From Candidatus Omnitrophota bacterium (GTDB taxonomy: Bacteria; Omnitrophota; Omnitrophia; Omnitrophales; JACROU01): a DNA stretch of 64,000 bases. Of the stretch, positions 61,983-64,000 are shown one piece after another; the stretch's first letter is position 1, and every line of letters starts with the position of its first letter. The stretch lies in contig JACROU010000037.1 of assembly GCA_016214265.1 (NCBI GenBank), positions 3,859 through 67,858 of the forward strand, read 5' to 3'. The notes under the pieces are model-generated. The model did no database searches, was not told the DNA's origin, and saw only the letters and a list, made by a program, of their open reading frames with translations. Both the position numbers and the translations under genes were made by a program.

Positions 61983-63155
61983 TTATTGAAACGCAGGTAA
62001 GCCGGTGAGGCGCTCGCCGATGATCAGCGTGTGGATTTCGTGCGTGCCTTCGTAGGTGAGAACCGATTCCAAATTCATCATGTGGCGCATGATGCCATAT
62101 TCGCCCATGATGCCGTTGGCGCCGAGAATGCCGCGTGAGACGCGGGCAGTATCGAGGGCCATGGCAACATTGTTGCGTTTGGCCATGCTGACTTGATCAA
62201 ACGTAGCCGCGCCTTTTTCTTTTAATTGGCCCAACCGGTAGACGAGAAGCTGAGCTTTTGTGATCTCTGTGGCCATGTTAGCCAGTTTTTCCTGAGTGAT
62301 TTGGAAGGCGCCGATGGGTTTCCCAAATTGCGTGCGGTTTTTCGCGTACCGAAGAGCTGTCTCAAAACATGCTTGAGCCGCTCCGATGGCGCCCCAGGCA
62401 ATTCCGTAACGCGCTTGAGTCAGGCAGGCCAGCGCGGTTTTGAGTCCTTTGGCGCCTGGTAATAAATTTTTTTCCGGAATTTCGCAGTGATCAAAAATAA
62501 GTTCCGAAGTCACCGAAGCGCGAAGCGAATATTTATCTTTTGTCTCCGGCGCGCTGAATCCGGGCGTTCCTTTTTCCACCAAAAATCCGCAGATTTCTCC
62601 GTCCAGTTTCGCCCAAACAACCGCAACATCCGCAACCGTGCCGTTCGTGATCCACATTTTAGCGCCATTCAGCTCGAACGCATTTCCTTTTTTCTTGGCG
62701 TTGGTGAGCAGGCTGGAGGGATCAGAGCCTGAGTCGGGTTCTGTCAAACCAAAGCAGCCGATTTTTTTGCCCGAGGCCAGTTCCGGCAGCCATTTCTTTT
62801 TTTGGGATTCACTGCCGAATTGAAAAATGGGGAACATGACCAGCCCGCTTTGAACGGAAACAAAACTTCTGAGTCCGCTATCGCCCCGCTCGAGTTCTTG
62901 CATCATCAGTCCGTAAGCGATATCACCTACGCCCGGACATCCGTAGCCCTGAAGATTTGCACCCAAAAGGCCCAACTCGGCGATTTTGGGAATTAGCGGG
63001 GAGGGAAACGTAGCTTCTTCGAAATGCTTTCCAATAATAGGAAGAACACGATCGTTGACGAATCGCCTCACAGTGTCGCGGATAGTCCGCTCGTCTTGAG
63101 TGAGGAGATCGTTTAAAAAAAAATAGTCGAGTTCTGAAAAATTTTCGTTTATCAT
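61983..63155 (-). CDS. Acyl-CoA dehydrogenase, glutaryl-CoA dehydrogenase-like
   Basis: ERGDSGLRS, GCFGLTEPDSGSDP, KMWITNG and TYEGTHEIH. Confidence 0.9.
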   Translation of the reverse strand: MINENFSELDYFFLNDLLTQDERTIRDTVRRFVNDRVLPIIGKHFEEATFPSPLIPKIAELGLLGANLQGYGCPGVGDIAYGLMMQELERGDSGLRSFVSVQSGLVMFPIFQFGSESQKKKWLPELASGKKIGCFGLTEPDSGSDPSSLLTNAKKKGNAFELNGAKMWITNGTVADVAVVWAKLDGEICGFLVEKGTPGFSAPETKDKYSLRASVTSELIFDHCEIPEKNLLPGAKGLKTALACLTQARYGIAWGAIGAAQACFETALRYAKNRTQFGKPIGAFQITQEKLANMATEITKAQLLVYRLGQLKEKGAATFDQVSMAKRNNVAMALDTARVSRGILGANGIMGEYGIMRHMMNLESVLTYEGTHEIHTLIIGERLTGLPAFQ

Positions 63156-63227
63156 AAGTACTGGATACCTTTTAGTTAAAAAGTGCCACATCACTTTGCT
63201 GCGGAATTCTAACAATTGGTAAATAAA

Positions 63228-64000
63228 ATGCAACAGAAGAAGAATTATGTTTTCTGCCTGATGACTTTGGTATTTATCGCGATTACCGTTGCGGTTTCAA
63301 ACAAGGCTTTTCCCGCGAATGTGCCCGCAGAATCCCAAATACCCGCTTTTGGCATGTCACATGAAGAGGCGGTTCTCATTAAAGGGAAGAAATCCTACGA
63401 TACCTATTGCATCGGCTGCCATGGCGTTAAAGGAGACGGTAAGGGGGTTGCGGCCTCTTTTCTGAATCCCAAACCTCGGAATTTCATGCTCGCCGAGTTT
63501 CGTAACAGCACGCGTCCCTCCGGATCACTCCCGACCGATCAGGATCTGTATAATTCTATCGCAAACGGTTTGCACGGGACGTCCATGCCGACATGGAGAC
63601 TACTGCCGGAGTCGGAGCGCTGGGCTTTGGTAGCCTACATTAAGACTTTTGCTCCAGACAGGTGGAAAGAAGAAGGTGAAAGAATTTCGACCCCAATTCC
63701 TGAAGATCCTTTTGCCGGCCGGCGCGAAGAGGGAATCAAGAAGGGTGAAATTGCTTATCATGGTATCGCCGCCTGCTACAGCTGTCATCCGTCCTACTGG
63801 AGCCCCCAGAAAATTAATGAGGCCCGGGCCACGTATCAAATGCCGCCAATTGCCGGCCTCAGGCAAAACATTGCTTTATCCGAAGCCAAGCCCGACAGTG
63901 AAGGAAATCCGATTACTCCGCCTGACTTTACGTGGGATACGCTCAAACGAGGAACGGAGCTGGAAACTTTGTATCAGGCCATTGCCAACGGAATTTCAGG
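63228..64000 (+). CDS. Diheme c-type cytochrome (runs off the window end; not in the ORF track)
   Basis: Manual translation gives a signal peptide, YCIGCHG..GDG, PKPRNF, GTSMP, ACYSCH and PPDFT. Confidence 0.85.
   Translation, partial: MQQKKNYVFCLMTLVFIAITVAVSNKAFPANVPAESQIPAFGMSHEEAVLIKGKKSYDTYCIGCHGVKGDGKGVAASFLNPKPRNFMLAEFRNSTRPSGSLPTDQDLYNSIANGLHGTSMPTWRLLPESERWALVAYIKTFAPDRWKEEGERISTPIPEDPFAGRREEGIKKGEIAYHGIAACYSCHPSYWSPQKINEARATYQMPPIAGLRQNIALSEAKPDSEGNPITPPDFTWDTLKRGTELETLYQAIANGIS

Overview
Bacterial chromosome segment from a diderm organism (it encodes an outer-membrane beta-barrel). The gene style suggests PVC/Omnitrophota, but that is only a guess. The window holds two respiratory islands separated by about 35 kb of mostly housekeeping genes (glnN, typA, glpD, dusB, rhlE, csp, acs). 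Island 1 (about 1-15.6 kb) runs: feoB, Cys-rich feoA, divergent LysR, an MtrA/DmsE-like multiheme plus MtrB/PioB-like porin, system II cytochrome c maturation genes, a 9-heme cytochrome split by an in-frame TAA, Rieske, cytochrome b, a NapC/NirT-like 7-heme protein, a c554-like tetraheme and a Cys-repeat/hemerythrin fusion. Island 2 (about 50.4-64 kb) runs: Crp/Fnr regulator, DUF2934, radical SAM, hemerythrin, ferredoxin, Rrf2, Sec-type clade II nosZ, an apparent NosB-like/NosD/NosF triple fusion, nosY, nosL, a cupredoxin-like protein and a diheme cytochrome c. The islands share TGTGA-N6-TCACA boxes at matching promoter positions and paralogous hemerythrins. This suggests (inference) one regulon linking trans-envelope electron transfer to N2O respiration. 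Two families of intergenic palindromic repeats and a maf pseudogene are also present. No rRNA, tRNA, CRISPR array, integrase or transposase was seen.
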